Origin: Candidatus Latescibacterota bacterium | GTDB lineage: Bacteria > Latescibacterota > UBA2968 > GCA-2709665 | Length of the DNA: 64,000 nucleotides | Direction: 5' to 3' | Assembly (NCBI GenBank): GCA_965116875.1 | Contig: OZ220733.1 | Span: 544,001 to 608,000, forward strand | In this document: in pieces, positions 19,442 through 29,741 of the stretch | How positions within the stretch are numbered: the first letter of the stretch is position 1 | Layout of the letters: each line of letters begins with the position of its first letter | The notes under the pieces: model-generated | Told to the model about the DNA's origin: nothing | What the model saw: only the letters and a program-made list of their open reading frames with translations | Databases searched by the model: none | Made by a program: the position numbers and the translations under genes

Positions 19442-19484
19442 AAACAAGGGGCTGCGAGCCAATACTCGCAACCCCTTGTTTTTT
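19442..19484. terminator. Intrinsic terminator, probably bidirectional, between the heme operon and tRNA-Pro
   Basis: AAACAAGGGG-ctgcgag..ctcgcaa-CCCCTTGTTTTTT. Confidence 0.8.
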
Positions 19485-19485
19485 A

Positions 19486-19562
19486 TGGTCGGGGAGGCGG
19501 GATTCGAACCCGCGACCCCCTGCTCCCAAAGCAGGTGCTCTGCCGGACTGAGCCACTCCCCG
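19486..19562 (-). tRNA. tRNA-Pro (anticodon TGG)
   Basis: Reverse complement CGGGGAG TGGCTCAG..CCTGC-TT-TGG-GA-GCAGG..GGTTCGAATCC..CTCCCCG-ACCA; encoded CCA. Confidence 0.97.
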
Positions 19563-19855
19563 ATACATCGCGCCAGGAATTTTTGTCTCTTCGGAATATC
19601 TACAAAACCGCTACGGCGAGCAAGAAAAAAGGTGAATCAGTCGCACAGACCGCGGTCATTCAGATCGTATTTCGTTGTCCGCCATGCGGGTCCGGAATCA
19701 TCTCATCGACGGCACGATCGACCGACCCTCAAAACAGCCCACTGCGTCTGCCGAGGTCCCTGGATTTTACTTGCCCGGATTGAACGCGCAAGGTAATTTG
19801 GCGTGCGGTTGTCGTAGAGTCGTTTCCCTTTCCTTCGTCAGCAATTCCTTCACCT

Positions 19856-20989
19856 ATGCCCGACAAACCCGTATTGATCATCGATGGCCATCTGGATATG
19901 GCCTTCAACGCCCTGTTCTACCGGCGCGACCTTACGCAGCCGGTGCATGTGCTGCGTGAACGGGAAGACGTCGTTCGCGCCGGGCTGTCGACCCATAAAG
20001 ACTCGCTGGAACGACGTGCGGGCCTGGAGGACAAGCGCTACACGGTGACCGTAACCCTGCCCGAGATGCGCGAAGGCCGCGTCGGCATCATGCTCTCCAC
20101 CATCATGTCGCGCGTTCAGGCCCCCTCCATCGACTCCCACAACTCCGTTCGCGCCCAGTCGGTCGCATTCGCGAGAGGCCAGAGCCACCTCCATTATTAC
20201 AACGCGCTGGCCCGCCGGGGTGAAATCACGTTCATCAGAAACGGAGCGGATCTGGATGCCTGTGTGTCGTCCTGGCAGGACCCTGCGGACACCACGCCGA
20301 TCGGCCTGATTCTCACCGCCGAGAGCGCCGATCCCATGCTGGGGCCCGACCAGGTGGGAGACTGGTGGAACGCCGGACTGCGCTCCGTATCCCTCACCCA
20401 CTTCGGTGCCAATACATACGGCCACGGGACCGGCACGGTGGGCGGGCTGTATCCGCCCGCCTATCCCCTGATGGACGCTTTTAAGGACGTAGGCATGGTC
20501 ATCGACCTCACGCACGCGTCGGACCTTACGTTCTGGCAGATCCTGGATTATTGGGACGGACCGGTCCACGCCAGCCACTGCAACTGCCGTGCGCTCCTTC
20601 GCGGCCAGAGGCACCTGAGCGACGAGATGATCCGGGCCATTGTCGAACGCGGCGGCGTCATTGGAATGGTCTTCGCGGAACAGATGCTCAGCCCTTCCTG
20701 GGACTGGGACGATCCTTCAACCCATTACACGACCGCCACGCGGCCGATGAAGGCCGTTGTCGAACACATCGACCACGTCTGCGAGCTCACCGGCAACAGC
20801 CGTCACGTGGCCATCGGCACGGATCTGGACGGTGGATTCGGACTGGAACTCTCCCCCACGGACTACAACACGATCGCCGACCTGCAGCGGTTTCCCGCCA
20901 TCATGGAAGCGCACGGGTACAATTCTGAAGACATCGACAACATCTGTCACGGAAATCTGATCCGGTTCTTCAAAGAGTCGTGGACCTGA
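19856..20989 (+). CDS. Membrane dipeptidase (peptidase M19)
   Basis: IDGHLD, AESAD, IDLTH, ASHCNCRAL..RHLSDE, HIDHV, IGTDLDGG. Confidence 0.9.
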   Translation: MPDKPVLIIDGHLDMAFNALFYRRDLTQPVHVLREREDVVRAGLSTHKDSLERRAGLEDKRYTVTVTLPEMREGRVGIMLSTIMSRVQAPSIDSHNSVRAQSVAFARGQSHLHYYNALARRGEITFIRNGADLDACVSSWQDPADTTPIGLILTAESADPMLGPDQVGDWWNAGLRSVSLTHFGANTYGHGTGTVGGLYPPAYPLMDAFKDVGMVIDLTHASDLTFWQILDYWDGPVHASHCNCRALLRGQRHLSDEMIRAIVERGGVIGMVFAEQMLSPSWDWDDPSTHYTTATRPMKAVVEHIDHVCELTGNSRHVAIGTDLDGGFGLELSPTDYNTIADLQRFPAIMEAHGYNSEDIDNICHGNLIRFFKESWT

Positions 20990-21055
20990 CGCCAACCGTC
21001 CTGCCGCCTGCCCGACTCTAGCAACACTCCGCGCCGTCTACATCAAGGGATTCGA

Positions 21056-22138
21056 ATGCCGGACCGTCCGTACCTTATCGCAGACAGCCACCTCGACCTC
21101 GGATTCAGCGCCATTCAGGTCAACCGGGACCTCACGCAGCCGGCCGCGACCGTACGCATCCACGACGCCGAACCCGTCATGCGCAGCTTCGGCAGTTGCA
21201 CCGTGACGTTTCCTGAACTCCGCAGGGGCAACGTGGGGATCATATTCGGCACGATGATGTCCCGGACCGACCCGAACGACCGGTGGACCCGAACGGGCAT
21301 GTACTGCCAGGACCAGTGCCACGGCGTTGGCAGAGGCCACCTCGCCTATTATCAGGCGATGGAACGCGAAGGCGTGGTTCGGCTCATCCGCAATTCCAGG
21401 GACCTGGACGAGACGGTCGCCGCGTGGGAAAACCCTGCCCCCGATACCCCCATCGGTCTCGTGGTGGCCATGGAGAGCGCCGACCCGATCCTGGACCCGG
21501 CGCAGGTTCCCGAATGGTACGATCTGGGCCTTCGCATGGTGAGTATTTCCCACTATGGCGTCAGCTCCTACTGCCACGGAACGGGCACCGATGGCGGCCT
21601 CCTGGAACGCGGAAGACCCCTGCTCGACGCGTTGAAGGATGCAGGAATCATCGTTGACCTCACGCACACCACGGACCAGGCCTTCTGGGAAATCCTGGAC
21701 GTCTACGACGGCCCGGTGGCGGCGTCCCACCACAACTGCCGCGCCCTCACACCCGGTCAGCGCCAGCTCACCGACGAGATGATCGGCGCCATCGTCGAAC
21801 GGGGTGGCGTGATCGGCGCCGCATTCGATGCCTGGATGCTGGATCCGGACTGGAACCGTGAGATTCCCTGCTGGGCCCAGAGTACCAGGGCAACCCTCGA
21901 AACCGTAGCCGATCACATCGATCACGTCTGCCAACTGGCCGGCAACGCGCGGCATGCCGGCATCGGCACGGATCTGGACGGCGGCTTCGGACAGGAACAG
22001 TCCCCGCGCGACCTCAACACGATTGCCGATCTTCAAAACCTGGTCGGCATCCTCCAGCGCCGCGGTTACGACGAACCCGACGTTCGCAATATCCTCTCCG
22101 GCAACTGGGTCCGATTCCTCAAGGAAGTTTGGCGGTAG
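21056..22138 (+). CDS. Membrane dipeptidase (peptidase M19), tandem paralogue
   Basis: DSHLD, MESAD, VDLTH, ASHHNCRAL, IGTDLDGG. Confidence 0.9.
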   Translation: MPDRPYLIADSHLDLGFSAIQVNRDLTQPAATVRIHDAEPVMRSFGSCTVTFPELRRGNVGIIFGTMMSRTDPNDRWTRTGMYCQDQCHGVGRGHLAYYQAMEREGVVRLIRNSRDLDETVAAWENPAPDTPIGLVVAMESADPILDPAQVPEWYDLGLRMVSISHYGVSSYCHGTGTDGGLLERGRPLLDALKDAGIIVDLTHTTDQAFWEILDVYDGPVAASHHNCRALTPGQRQLTDEMIGAIVERGGVIGAAFDAWMLDPDWNREIPCWAQSTRATLETVADHIDHVCQLAGNARHAGIGTDLDGGFGQEQSPRDLNTIADLQNLVGILQRRGYDEPDVRNILSGNWVRFLKEVWR

Positions 22139-22192
22139 GAGGTCCGCTGGACGCAAGAGGAAAGAAGTGCGAGGGCTCGGGATCGTTGCCTC

Positions 22193-22966
22193 GTGACCGA
22201 TCCATCTCCCGACACAGCCGGCGAAAGGCTGTCAGGCATGTTCGAACCTGTCGATTCGACGCCATCATCGCGGAGCCAGCCGCCGGACCGCGCGGCTCGC
22301 AAGGCGGGAATTCTCCTGCTGCTTACGGTGATCTTTACGGTTGCGCTCGTCTACACCCGGGTTGCCGCCGACGCCGACCAGGCAACGCTGCTGGAATCGC
22401 TGGTCGCCATTTCACGGCGCCCGGTCATGTATATCCTTTCAGGAGTTGCCCGGCTGTTGTCCGGCATTGCGCTCCTGGGGGCGGGCTTGTTCCTGTTGCG
22501 GACCTGGATCATTCGAGGGGGATGGGCGACGTCGGCCGTCCCTCGCCTGTTCGTGTTGTCGGGTGCTTTGACCACGGTATCGGGAGGGATCGCAATCCTG
22601 ATCGCCATCCATCCCGCACTCGAGACCGTTTCAGGCGCCGGCGCCTCGCCTGCTCCCGACATGACCGTGCTGGAGTCGATGTCCGGCCTTCGATGGCTGA
22701 CAGGCGCGGCGGGTTTTTCCGCGGCCGGGGTCGCGCTCGCGGTGGCTTCCAGATACCAGTGGAAAGTGGGCGGCGCGCTGCGCAAGATTGCGCCGATATC
22801 GGCAGCATTGGGAGTCGCGATGCAGATCATCTGGATCGACAAGGGGACGAGTCTTCACGCGGCGATCGGCACCGCCTTCCTGGTCTGGCTGATCGTCATC
22901 GGATCCATGCTGGCCGGTGGATGGGTCGAACGGCAATATTCGACGACTTTTTTGAACGACAGTTGA
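22193..22966 (+). CDS. Integral membrane protein (DUF4386-like)
   Basis: About 6 hydrophobic helices; the family call is tentative. Confidence 0.6.
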   Translation: MTDPSPDTAGERLSGMFEPVDSTPSSRSQPPDRAARKAGILLLLTVIFTVALVYTRVAADADQATLLESLVAISRRPVMYILSGVARLLSGIALLGAGLFLLRTWIIRGGWATSAVPRLFVLSGALTTVSGGIAILIAIHPALETVSGAGASPAPDMTVLESMSGLRWLTGAAGFSAAGVALAVASRYQWKVGGALRKIAPISAALGVAMQIIWIDKGTSLHAAIGTAFLVWLIVIGSMLAGGWVERQYSTTFLNDS

Positions 22967-22999
22967 CCCTGGATTTCCGGTTTTTTGAATCGCGTGCGT

Positions 23000-24469
23000 A
23001 TGCCTTCCAGACCTAACCTCCTGCTTATCACGACCGACCAGCAGCGCGGCGACTGCCTCGGGTGCGACGGCCACCCGGTACTCGAAACTCCCTATCTGGA
23101 TGAACTGGCGGAGAGCGGCGCGCGTTTCAACCACGCCTATACCTCCGTCCCTTCCTGCACCCCGGCCCGCGCGGGTATCCTGACGGGAATGGACCAGTGG
23201 AACCACGGCCGTCTTACAATGACCGGAGCGGATCCACTCGAGTATCCGGCCACCTTGCCCGGCGAACTCGCCGGCGCCGGCTACCACACACAGGCCGTGG
23301 GAAAGATGCACTTCCACCCGCAGCGCAGACTCCACGGGTTTCACCATATGGTCCTGGACGAGAGCGGGCGGCGACTGGGAAACTTCATCAGCGACTACCA
23401 CGTTTTCTTCGAAAAACACAAAGAGGGCGAAACCGGCTACCGCGACCACAGCGTCGACTGGAACTCCTGGATGGCCCGTCCGTCCCATCTTCCGGAACAC
23501 CTTCACCCCACGCACTGGACGGCGTCGGAGGGCATCCGGTTTCTCGAAAATCGGGACCCGACCAAACCCTTCTTCCTCTGGCTGTCATTCGCTCGTCCCC
23601 ATTCCCCGTATGATGCGCCGCAGACGTACTACGATATGTACATCGACAATCCACGGGTTCCCAGGGCGGCCGTGGGAGCGTGGTCCGCCCGGTACGACCG
23701 TCGAATCGCCGACGTGAACGCCCCGCGCACCCATCGCACCAACGCCGAAACCCATCGCGCGCGGGCCGCATACTACGGCAATATCACCTTCATCGACCAT
23801 CAGATCGGCCGCGTTCTGCACGAACTGCGCCGGCGAGACCCCGCGGCCGCGGCCAACACCCTCGTTCTGTTCACGTCGGACCACGGCGACATGATGGGCG
23901 ACCATCACCACTGGCGCAAGACGTACGCGTATGAAGGCTCCGCCCGAATCCCGTTCATCCTCAGATATCCGGATGCGTGGGAGTTTCCCCGTGACCGGAC
24001 GCTGACTCAGGCGGTCGAACTGCGAGACGTCATGCCCACGTTTCTCGACGCCGCGGGCGTCCCCGTCCCGGAGTCCGTAGACGGTCGCAGTCTGCTCAGA
24101 CTATCGAGAGGCAGAGACGACGACTGGCGAGGGTTCGTACAGGGCGAACACACGACGTGTTACGACAAAGAACACGGGATGCAGTACGTTACCGACGGAC
24201 GTGAAAAGTACATCTGGTTCCACCATACGGGCGCCGAACAGTTCTTCGACCTGGAAGCCGATCCTCTGGAATGCAACGACCTTGCGGCCGACCCCGGCCG
24301 GCAACCGCGCATCGACGTCTGGCGTGAACGTCTGGCCGGGATCAACGAAGAACGCGGCGATCCCCGCGGCCGGAACGGCAGACTCGTGCCTCAGCCCGAC
24401 GGCGCGCTGTCGCTTTCGCCCAACTACGAGAAATGGAAACAACGGGCGAAGGTGATGGAAGGCGCTTAG
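23000..24469 (+). CDS. Arylsulfatase
   Basis: PNLLLITTDQQR, CTPAR, GKMH, RPHSPYD, TSDHGD. Confidence 0.93.
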   Translation: MPSRPNLLLITTDQQRGDCLGCDGHPVLETPYLDELAESGARFNHAYTSVPSCTPARAGILTGMDQWNHGRLTMTGADPLEYPATLPGELAGAGYHTQAVGKMHFHPQRRLHGFHHMVLDESGRRLGNFISDYHVFFEKHKEGETGYRDHSVDWNSWMARPSHLPEHLHPTHWTASEGIRFLENRDPTKPFFLWLSFARPHSPYDAPQTYYDMYIDNPRVPRAAVGAWSARYDRRIADVNAPRTHRTNAETHRARAAYYGNITFIDHQIGRVLHELRRRDPAAAANTLVLFTSDHGDMMGDHHHWRKTYAYEGSARIPFILRYPDAWEFPRDRTLTQAVELRDVMPTFLDAAGVPVPESVDGRSLLRLSRGRDDDWRGFVQGEHTTCYDKEHGMQYVTDGREKYIWFHHTGAEQFFDLEADPLECNDLAADPGRQPRIDVWRERLAGINEERGDPRGRNGRLVPQPDGALSLSPNYEKWKQRAKVMEGA

Positions 24470-24514
24470 CTGAATATCGGACAGGTTCGCGCGCCACGCA
24501 ATGATGCGTTTTTA

Positions 24515-25570
24515 ATGATGCGAGACGACCCCATGGACCCCGAGACCGGTTTCAACTTCTCCCCATCGGTGCATCACCGGCACCTGTTGGACACATTCAA
24601 ACCCTCGCTGTCGTATCGCGGCGACGACCTCAAGCCGTGGCAGCGGAAACTTCGCCGAAAGGTCCGTCAGCTTGTCGGGGATATGCCTGAAGAACGTGTT
24701 TCCCTGGATGTCCGCACCGTCTGGAAGCGGGACCACGCGCTTGGGAGTATCGAGAAAATCGTCTATGCCGCCGAGCCGTACGCCGACGTTCCCGCGTACG
24801 TGTGCCTGCCGGGGGGCGTCGAACCGCCCTACACCTTTTTCATCTGTCTCCAGGGACATTCGACGGGTATGCACAATTCCATTGCAGTGGACAGGGAGGA
24901 TAACGCCGCACCAATCGACGTACCCGGCGACAGGGACTTCGGCCTCGGGTGCATGAAACGCGGCATTGCCGCCCTGTGCATCGAACAGCGTTCATTCGGC
25001 GAACGACGGGAGCGGGTCCAGCAGAAAATATCCTCTCATGGTTGCCATGACGCCACGATGCACGCCCTCATGCTCGGCCGAACCCTGCTGGGCGAGCGTG
25101 TCTATGACGTGGACAGGGGAATTGACTACCTGCTTTCACGCGGAGACGCCAATCCGGGTCGCATCGGTGTGATGGGCAACTCCGGCGGGGGGACCATCAG
25201 CCTCTTTGCCTCGGCTCTTTTACCGCGAATCTCGTACGCCATGCCCTCCTGCTACTTTTGCACGTTCAGTGACTCCGTCATGTCAATCTATCACTGTGCG
25301 GACAACTACGTGCCCGGTCTCCTCAAGTACGGCGAAATGCCGGATGTGATGGGGCTCTTCGCTCCCAGGCCGGTCGTACTCGTCGCGGGGAAGGACGACG
25401 GTATTTTCCCCATTGCCGGCGTCCACAAGGCATTTCGGCATCTCAAGAAAATCTATACCGCCGCCGGCGCATCCCACCGCTGCCACCTGGTAGTCGGCAA
25501 CGGAGGCCACCGGTTCTATGCCGAGGATGCCTGGCCGGTAATGCTCAGTGAGATCGCGAAAGACGCCTGA
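24515..25570 (+). CDS. Alpha/beta hydrolase (dienelactone hydrolase/acetylxylan-esterase-like)
   Basis: Nucleophile elbow GNSGGG, GKDDGIF (Asp), GGHRF (His). Confidence 0.85.
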   Translation: MMRDDPMDPETGFNFSPSVHHRHLLDTFKPSLSYRGDDLKPWQRKLRRKVRQLVGDMPEERVSLDVRTVWKRDHALGSIEKIVYAAEPYADVPAYVCLPGGVEPPYTFFICLQGHSTGMHNSIAVDREDNAAPIDVPGDRDFGLGCMKRGIAALCIEQRSFGERRERVQQKISSHGCHDATMHALMLGRTLLGERVYDVDRGIDYLLSRGDANPGRIGVMGNSGGGTISLFASALLPRISYAMPSCYFCTFSDSVMSIYHCADNYVPGLLKYGEMPDVMGLFAPRPVVLVAGKDDGIFPIAGVHKAFRHLKKIYTAAGASHRCHLVVGNGGHRFYAEDAWPVMLSEIAKDA

Positions 25571-25625
25571 TACAAAAAAGGCGCGGAATGCGCCGCGCCC
25601 CACAGTTGGCGAGGAGACCCTGCCA

Positions 25626-26093
25626 ATGAAATACTGGCTGATGAAGTGCGAACTCAGCGAATGCAGCTTCGACGACCTGAAGAACAACCGCCCGAACAGC
25701 ACCGGAAAGTGGCGCGGCGTTCGCAACTACCAGGCCCGAAACTTCATCCGGGACGACATGCAAACGGGCGACGTCGTCCTCTTCTACCAGTCAAATTGTG
25801 AAGAACCCGGAATTGCGGGGCTGGCGGAAATCGTGCGCGCGGCCTACCCCGACCCTTCGGCCTTCGACCCGGACAGCAGCTACTACGATGCCAGATCGAC
25901 GCCCGACGATCCCCGCTGGTACTCCGTAGACGTTAAATGGAAAGAGGCCTTCAAGACGTATGTTCATCTTAAAGACCTCAAGACCAATCCCGCATTGAAA
26001 GAAATGCTGGTTGTTCGGAGGGGCCAGCGTCTGTCCATCCAGCCTGTAAAGAAAAGGGAGTTCGAAGTCGTCAGCGAAATGGGAGGGGTCTGA
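25626..26093 (+). CDS. EVE domain protein
   Basis: KYWLMKCE, W.GVRNYQARN, FYQSN, RLSIQPV. Confidence 0.93.
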   Translation: MKYWLMKCELSECSFDDLKNNRPNSTGKWRGVRNYQARNFIRDDMQTGDVVLFYQSNCEEPGIAGLAEIVRAAYPDPSAFDPDSSYYDARSTPDDPRWYSVDVKWKEAFKTYVHLKDLKTNPALKEMLVVRRGQRLSIQPVKKREFEVVSEMGGV

Positions 26094-26158
26094 AATCATC
26101 CCGTACCCCGGTACGATATCGAGATCGTGCCACGCGGCCGACGCGCAGGTTTCCCGGT

Positions 26159-26995
26159 TCAACCAGGGGTCTCCGGAACTTCCACCGGCAGGTCCAGCCG
26201 GTCGCCCCATTCCTTCCACGACCCGAGATAGTTGCGCACGTTTCGATAGCCGAGCAGGCGCAACGCCAGGTACGAATGGGAGGAACGGTACCCGCCCTGT
26301 CAGTAACACGCCACCGTCTGCTCCGGCGTCACACCAGCACGCTCGTACATCTCCCGCAACTTTGCCGCCGGCTTGAACGCACCCGTCTCATCCAGGTTGT
26401 TCAGATACTCGATATGTACGGCGTGGGGAATGGCGCCGCCCCGGGCGGAACGCGCCACCCGGCCGGTATACTCGTCGTCGCTTCGCGTATCCAGCGGCAC
26501 GAAATCCGCCTCTCCCAGCGAATCCCGAATCTCCTCGAAGCCGATATGGCGATTCACGTCGGTCGCCATTTCGAACGTGGCCTGATCCGGGATCGGGACG
26601 TCGGCTGTCGTCTCGTATCCCGCCGCCTTCCAGGCCTGAAGCCCCCCGTCCAGAACGTGTACGTCGCGGTGGCCCAGATATTCGCAAATCCAGAATCCTC
26701 TGGCCGCGCGCATTCCGGAGTCGTTCTCGTAAAACACCACCGTCGCATCGGAGCTGATTCCCCGGCTTCCCATCAGGTAGGCCAGTGTCCACATAAACGC
26801 TTCGAACGCATCGCGTCCGGTGTTGTTCAGACTGATTCCGTAGAGGTCCAGGTGGAGCGCCCCCGGAATATGACCGGAAACGTACTCGTGCGTGGGCCGG
26901 ACGTCCACAATGCAAATCGATGCGTCCTCGAGGCGAACATGCAACTGCGCGGGTGTGATCAGCAGATCGGGATTCGCGTATCCCTTATCTTCCAT
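26159..26995 (-). CDS. Two-domain sulfurtransferase (rhodanese), probable selenoprotein with UGA at 26300-26302
   Basis: GHIPGA, AARGFW, VLDGG, LDTRS..EY, GAIPHA. After the TGA the frame continues [32 protein letters not shown] to a stop at 26159, giving 278 aa. Confidence 0.85.
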
Positions 26996-28059
26996 CAATG
27001 TCCCTCCTGACAGTAATAGGCGTTGACTTCAATACATCGCCCGCCCTGCCGGGCAGAGTCCCAACCAGCGAGAATTGGCGCCAGGGAATACAGTCCATCG
27101 TGGTAATCATTCAGGATCCCTTCGCGATCACCGGAACGCACCGCCTCCACAAAGATCCGATCCTGCTCGAACCAGGGATCGAAATCCCCGCACCGATACA
27201 CCGTCTCGCCGTTCAGGTCGATTCTGTCGTAGCTGTAAATCTCCAGCCGTCCCCCTTCGAAGAAAAACGTGAACCACGGCTGCGTCGTTCCGGACGGGTC
27301 CGCACGTACGAACGTCATCGCCATCGTCGCGCCGTTGTCCAGGAGGAAATGGAAGGAGGACGAGAGCGGATCGCTGAAAACATCGGACTGCTCGCAATAG
27401 AAAGCCTGGGCTTTTTCGACTTCCAATCCGGTCGTAAACCGGATGTAATCCACGGCATGCACACCCCAGTCGAGCGCCGGACCGCCCGATTTGTCCGTCT
27501 GGCGCCACCAGGAAGCCTGTTCCACTCCCTCTTTGCGCGGCGGCGGTCCGCCCACGGATCGAAACACGACGTGCACGACCTGCTTCTTCGAGAGAATCCG
27601 CCGCGCCTCCCTGAAGAGCGGTCGATACCGTTCCCGAAAACAGACCGTACTCAACACGCCCGCATTCCGGACCGCCTTGTCGATCTTGAGAGCCACCGCC
27701 ATCCGAAGCGCCTGCGGCTTTTCGCTGAACAGATGAATGCCGCGATCCACGGCTCTGATTTCGACGTCCGTGCGGGCAAAGGCCGGCACGATTGAATAGA
27801 GTACGTCGAACCGCTCCTTCTCCACCATCTCGCGGCCATCGGTATAAACCGCCGGAATATCAAAGCGCTCCGCCGTGCGACGCAGGGCCGCGGCGTCCAC
27901 GTCGCAGGCTGCCACGACGTCCACGCCCAGCTTCTTCAGGTTCGGAACGTGGGTCTGGTTCGCCCACGACCCGGTACCGTAAACCGCCGCTCGGACCGCG
28001 CGTCCGGACACGCCCGCCGACGACGGCCGGAGGTCGATTTCTCCCCGTTTCCTTTTCAC
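26995..28059 (-). CDS. Gfo/Idh/MocA oxidoreductase
   Basis: GTGSWA, HLFSEKP, GGPALDWGVHAVD; start approximate. Confidence 0.88.
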   Translation of the reverse strand: MKRKRGEIDLRPSSAGVSGRAVRAAVYGTGSWANQTHVPNLKKLGVDVVAACDVDAAALRRTAERFDIPAVYTDGREMVEKERFDVLYSIVPAFARTDVEIRAVDRGIHLFSEKPQALRMAVALKIDKAVRNAGVLSTVCFRERYRPLFREARRILSKKQVVHVVFRSVGGPPPRKEGVEQASWWRQTDKSGGPALDWGVHAVDYIRFTTGLEVEKAQAFYCEQSDVFSDPLSSSFHFLLDNGATMAMTFVRADPSGTTQPWFTFFFEGGRLEIYSYDRIDLNGETVYRCGDFDPWFEQDRIFVEAVRSGDREGILNDYHDGLYSLAPILAGWDSARQGGRCIEVNAYYCQEGH

Positions 28060-28063
28060 CTGC

Positions 28064-29341
28064 TCAATCCTTCGCCAGCGACTCCGCTGTCTGCACGATG
28101 GTCTGCTCCTCCCCCTGGAATCGAGCCGGTTCGCCGTAATAGGGGTACGCGTTGGGCTCGTACCCCCCCTCCTCGTATTGCCGGTCGGTACAGAGGTATC
28201 CGATTTCGTCGTTCGCGTATCCCACCGGCCACACGTCATCCGCGTCCACCAGCCCCCGCAGTCGTCTTTCAATCGCGTGGCCGATCTCCTGTACCGGTTC
28301 GCCCGGAATGGTGACACACGTCAGAGGGCCCACCGCCATCAACTGCATCTCTGTCGCGCGGCCGTCAGGAATGCCGCCGCTTTCGATCATCTCAAGAACA
28401 CCCTGGGCCCACGGCCCGGTCAACAGGCGGCCTCTCACGCTCTCGTCAGCCGCCTTCTCCCGAAGACCCTCAATGGGATCGTGTTCCCCGAATGAGATCT
28501 GCACGTCGGTACGGCGCGCTGTCAGTTGCGAGGACCGCCGGGTCTTCAGACTCCCTGCCACCCGCACCACCTCCCGGCCCAGTTCCTCGCCGCAGGCATC
28601 CAGCTCGGCCTTGGTGGCGGATTTGAACCCCCCCGTTTCCCGGTTGATTACAGCGGGCCGGATATTCCCGAAACACCCCGCCAGAAACAGCGCCTTACAC
28701 CCCAGCGTGTCTTCAATCACCCGCCGGGCGATGCCCGCGTAGTCGGGTGAAATATAACCCTCGGACCCACTTTTCGTGGTGGTATGGCATGAATAGTGAA
28801 ACAGCACCGCCCGTGGAGCCCCGTCCTCCGCCTCGACCAGAAGCACGCGCGCGCGCCGGTCCACGATACCGCCGAAATTCAGCATCATGCCGGATGTGCC
28901 GGGCAGCGGCCGTCTGCAGATGTTGAAATGCGCCGACCCACAGCCCAACCCCATCCGTACCGGCTTGAGATCCGCCGCCGCGCGGACGATGGCCGCCGCG
29001 GTTTCTTTCTCAATGGTATCCATCCATCCCTCCGGCGGTTCCATTCCCAGACAGGGGAGTGTTGCCGGGGCAGAATGCGTGTGGCTGCACGCTATCATCA
29101 CGTGATCCCCCGGGATGCCGCACGCCGCCTCCACACGTTCCCGGATCCGATCGGTCGTCTCCTTATTCACGCCGATTACATCCAGGGTGGCGATCGCCGT
29201 CCTCACGTCCGCCTCTTCGAACACGACAGCGCGGACTTCCAGCGGGTACAGCACCGAGTGGGAAGGACTCGTACTCCAGTGCCCCTGCAGCACTGAACCC
29301 GGTTCCGGCGTAATGTCTGACGATGCAACGCCGCTTTTCAT
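28064..29341 (-). CDS. Neutral/alkaline ceramidase N-terminal-domain-like amidohydrolase
   Basis: DITP, SHTHSAP, HYSCH, ISPDY.G, PGEP, GYAND.IGY..GGYE. Confidence 0.8.
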   Translation of the reverse strand: MKSGVASSDITPEPGSVLQGHWSTSPSHSVLYPLEVRAVVFEEADVRTAIATLDVIGVNKETTDRIRERVEAACGIPGDHVMIACSHTHSAPATLPCLGMEPPEGWMDTIEKETAAAIVRAAADLKPVRMGLGCGSAHFNICRRPLPGTSGMMLNFGGIVDRRARVLLVEAEDGAPRAVLFHYSCHTTTKSGSEGYISPDYAGIARRVIEDTLGCKALFLAGCFGNIRPAVINRETGGFKSATKAELDACGEELGREVVRVAGSLKTRRSSQLTARRTDVQISFGEHDPIEGLREKAADESVRGRLLTGPWAQGVLEMIESGGIPDGRATEMQLMAVGPLTCVTIPGEPVQEIGHAIERRLRGLVDADDVWPVGYANDEIGYLCTDRQYEEGGYEPNAYPYYGEPARFQGEEQTIVQTAESLAKD

Positions 29342-29390
29342 GGTTTTCTCCTTTGACGTGTCGGGAAGACGAGGTTTAAGGTCGGCACCC

Positions 29391-29741
29391 CTATGGTTGC
29401 CGCGAGATTCGCACGCGCCCACCCCGAATCGTAACTACCGCCTGGTTCTCCAGGGCGACACGATGTTTCTCAATAGTCTGCGACATTAAGGCGATTCGCT
29501 GTTCTACCGGAACATCCGGAAGACGCACCAACCCCGCGTGCCTCGCCCGTCTGACATAAATGAGTTCTCCGAAGTCTGTATCGATCGTCACCAGGATTCT
29601 ACCAGCACCATCGGCTTGTTTCAGCAGTTCCCAGTCGCCTGGGTCGTGTCCAAGCTCACGGGACTCCAACACGTCATGTCCCTGGCCCCTGAGCCATACC
29701 GACAGACGGTGCCCAACGCACCTGTCGACGAGGAATTTCAC
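29391..29741 (-). CDS. DUF5615 PIN-like toxin
   Basis: MKFLVDRCV, GHDV, D..LL, RILVTIDTDFGEL. Confidence 0.88.
   Translation of the reverse strand: MKFLVDRCVGHRLSVWLRGQGHDVLESRELGHDPGDWELLKQADGAGRILVTIDTDFGELIYVRRARHAGLVRLPDVPVEQRIALMSQTIEKHRVALENQAVVTIRGGRVRISRQP

Noticed and set aside
12200-19562. Heme locus as an island integrated at tRNA-Pro
   Set aside because: No integrase and no duplicate of the tRNA 3' end seen; a normal terminator follows the tRNA.
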